Shown piece by piece: positions 62,247 through 64,000 of a stretch of 64,000 nt of DNA (position 1 is its first letter; the number at the start of each line of letters is the position of its first letter). A program made the translations under genes and the position numbers. Location: contig JBHGNT010000010.1 of NCBI GenBank assembly GCA_043228905.1, positions 3,100,001-3,164,000 of the forward strand. The letters are read 5' to 3'. Below the pieces are notes generated by a model that was not told where the DNA came from, did not search any database, and saw nothing but the letters and a program-made list of their open reading frames with translations. Origin of the DNA: Azolla caroliniana. Lineage: Eukaryota; Plantae; Polypodiophyta.

Positions 62247-64000
62247 TGTTGGGATTTCGGTCCCTTTCGGATGGGATGGTCGGATGTCGGAGATGGATGC
62301 CGGATGCCGGATGGTCGGTTTCGGTTTCGGTGCCGGATGACGAATGTACCCGGAGAGCGATCCGGATGCAGGGACATATCCGTGAATATGTTCGCTATGG
62401 GCCCCCTGAGGCCACAGTTGTAAATAGCCCCAAAGTCATATATGTATAAATATGACTTAGGGCAAATAGTTTTGTAGTTGCTAATCATTTTTCTGTTTTT
62501 CCACTCAAGAGGAGTGAAGAGGGAGCAGCCGTGAGAGTGAGAGAGAGAGAGAGATAGAGCGCGAGAGAGGAAGAGGACGACGCCTCTGTGTATTTCCGCC
62601 GCCTGTGGCGAGGACAGCGAGCTCAAGGTCGTCGCCTTGGAGCTCGTCATTGTATACCTCTTTTTGCATAGTGTTGTTTGGAGTCTTGTACTCCCGTGGT
62701 TTTTCCCATCTAGGGTTTTCCACGTCAATCCCTGTGTATCGCGTTTTTTCTTCAGTATTTCCTATTTTCTGCTGCATTGATCCGCGATCAATCGGTTGTG
62801 GCCGATTGGTGAAAGTGAATCCAAGCGTTGATTCCTCACAAACTGGTATCAGAGCAACTGTTGCAGAAAATGGAAGGCGGCGGCAGCGGGCAGCCGATGA
62901 TGATGGTGCTGAATGCACAGAATTACGCCGACTGGAAGATCAAGATGGAGGACCTTCTGATCGTTCGGGACCTGTACGAACCGATTGACAGGTCGGAAAT
63001 ACCGAAAGGGGTACTTGAGTCGGAGTGGAAGCTCCTGAACCGGAAAGCCGTAGCGACGATCCGACAATACGTCGACGTGAGCGTCCTACAACATGTGGCA
63101 AACGACACCAACGCATATGAGATGTGGAAGAAGCTGTCGGGCCTCTACGAGAGGAAGAATGCGTTGAACCGGACCTCCCTGATGAGGAAGATAGTGAATC
63201 TCAAGTACCGGGACGGCGAGAGCATGGTGGAACACGTAAGCACGTTCATGGGATTCGTGAATCAGCTTGCGGCGATCAAGTTCCCGTTGGAGGATGCAAT
63301 GCAAGCCATCATCCTAATGTGTACATTGCCGGAAAGCTGGGAGAACTTGGTGGTGACTCTCAGCACCTCGTGCACCGAAGACAACTTGTCCTTACAAACG
63401 GTAAAGACAAGTATTCTGAATGAAGAAGCGCGTCGGAGAGATAAGGAACCGACCTCCGAACCGAAGATGTTGTTTACCGAGTCGGATCGGGGAAGACAAT
63501 GGAACCGGAGTCCGCAAAGGCGGGAGAAGTCGGGGACCCGGTCGCAGTCAAGAGGAAGGCCCACATGCTTCCACTGTGGAAAGCCGGGGCACTTCCGAAA
63601 GAATTGTCGGCATTACCGAAAAGACAACGGAGCCGACGACACCGACTCGAAGAAGTCACCGGAGAGAAACGGTGCATACCGGGGAGCCACGGACCGGAGA
63701 GGTTCGGATCGGCGAGGGCAAGACCGGAAAGGAACAACGGCACTCGCGGCAAGTGAGGAAGAAATCATGCTCATCACCGAAGAAGGTGAGCTAAACGTTG
63801 CCGGCGATGAGACGACCTGGGTGGTCGATTCCGGAGCATCGTTCCACCTGACCCCGGAGAGAAGATACTTCTCATCCTACACAGCCGGCGAGCATGGCTG
63901 TGTTCGGATGGGAAATGAAGGTACGTGCCGGATTGCCGGCATCGGAGACGTGTGGTTGACAACCCCGACCGGATGCAAAATGCTGCTGAAGGATGTCCGA
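62247..64000 (+). mobile_element. Ty1/Copia element (Tnt1/TAR-like), 5' part; 5' LTR 62247-62840, PBS 62844-62855; continues beyond window
   Basis: TGTTG...CACA LTR candidate with TATAAAT at ~62445; perfect TGGTATCAGAGC tRNA-iMet PBS. The LTR start is inferred because the second LTR is not visible. Confidence 0.88.
62870..64000 (+). CDS. Copia Gag-Pol polyprotein N-terminus (open to window end)
   Basis: LNAQNYADWKIKMEDLL..DLYEPI, WKLLNRKAVATIRQ, TLPESWENLV, CFHCGKPGHFRKNC, WVVDSGASFH; no stop seen. Confidence 0.9.
   Translation, partial: MEGGGSGQPMMMVLNAQNYADWKIKMEDLLIVRDLYEPIDRSEIPKGVLESEWKLLNRKAVATIRQYVDVSVLQHVANDTNAYEMWKKLSGLYERKNALNRTSLMRKIVNLKYRDGESMVEHVSTFMGFVNQLAAIKFPLEDAMQAIILMCTLPESWENLVVTLSTSCTEDNLSLQTVKTSILNEEARRRDKEPTSEPKMLFTESDRGRQWNRSPQRREKSGTRSQSRGRPTCFHCGKPGHFRKNCRHYRKDNGADDTDSKKSPERNGAYRGATDRRGSDRRGQDRKGTTALAASEEEIMLITEEGELNVAGDETTWVVDSGASFHLTPERRYFSSYTAGEHGCVRMGNEGTCRIAGIGDVWLTTPTGCKMLLKDVR

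Overview
Eukaryotic nuclear DNA from a land plant. It is AT-rich and has GT-AG introns and a nuclear tRNA; a fern or other seed-free plant is my impression, not an established call. Four intact multi-exon host genes are present: an HD-Zip class I transcription factor (+, 7419-10469, with upstream uORFs), a METTL25/RRNAD1-family methyltransferase (-, 36970-41928), an organellar peptidyl-tRNA hydrolase (-, 44938-47998) and an ELIP (+, 59033-60552). There is also a tRNA-Lys(TTT). Region 14.6-32.6 kb is a four-layer transposon nest whose boundaries all resolve by target-site duplications (TSDs): an old LINE fragment, split by a Gag-only LTR element (4-bp TSD), into which a related Gypsy element inserted (4-bp TSD, same tRNA-Trp PBS and PPT). 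The Gypsy 5' LTR is itself split by a 7.6-kb TIR element (8-bp TSD) carrying an intronless RPS8 retrocopy, a PPR-motif fragment and a 4.3-kb TATG-type array. The most notable signals are this Pack-type element, a candidate -1 ribosomal frameshift (GGATTTT plus H-type pseudoknot) between protease and RT of the Gypsy element, CG-centred 4-bp target sites, and a 24-bp-phased triple CCAAT-N9-CCACG array in the ELIP promoter. Also present are two Copia elements, a solo LTR, a younger LINE, two related MITEs and many microsatellites. All calls come from manual reading; no searches were run.
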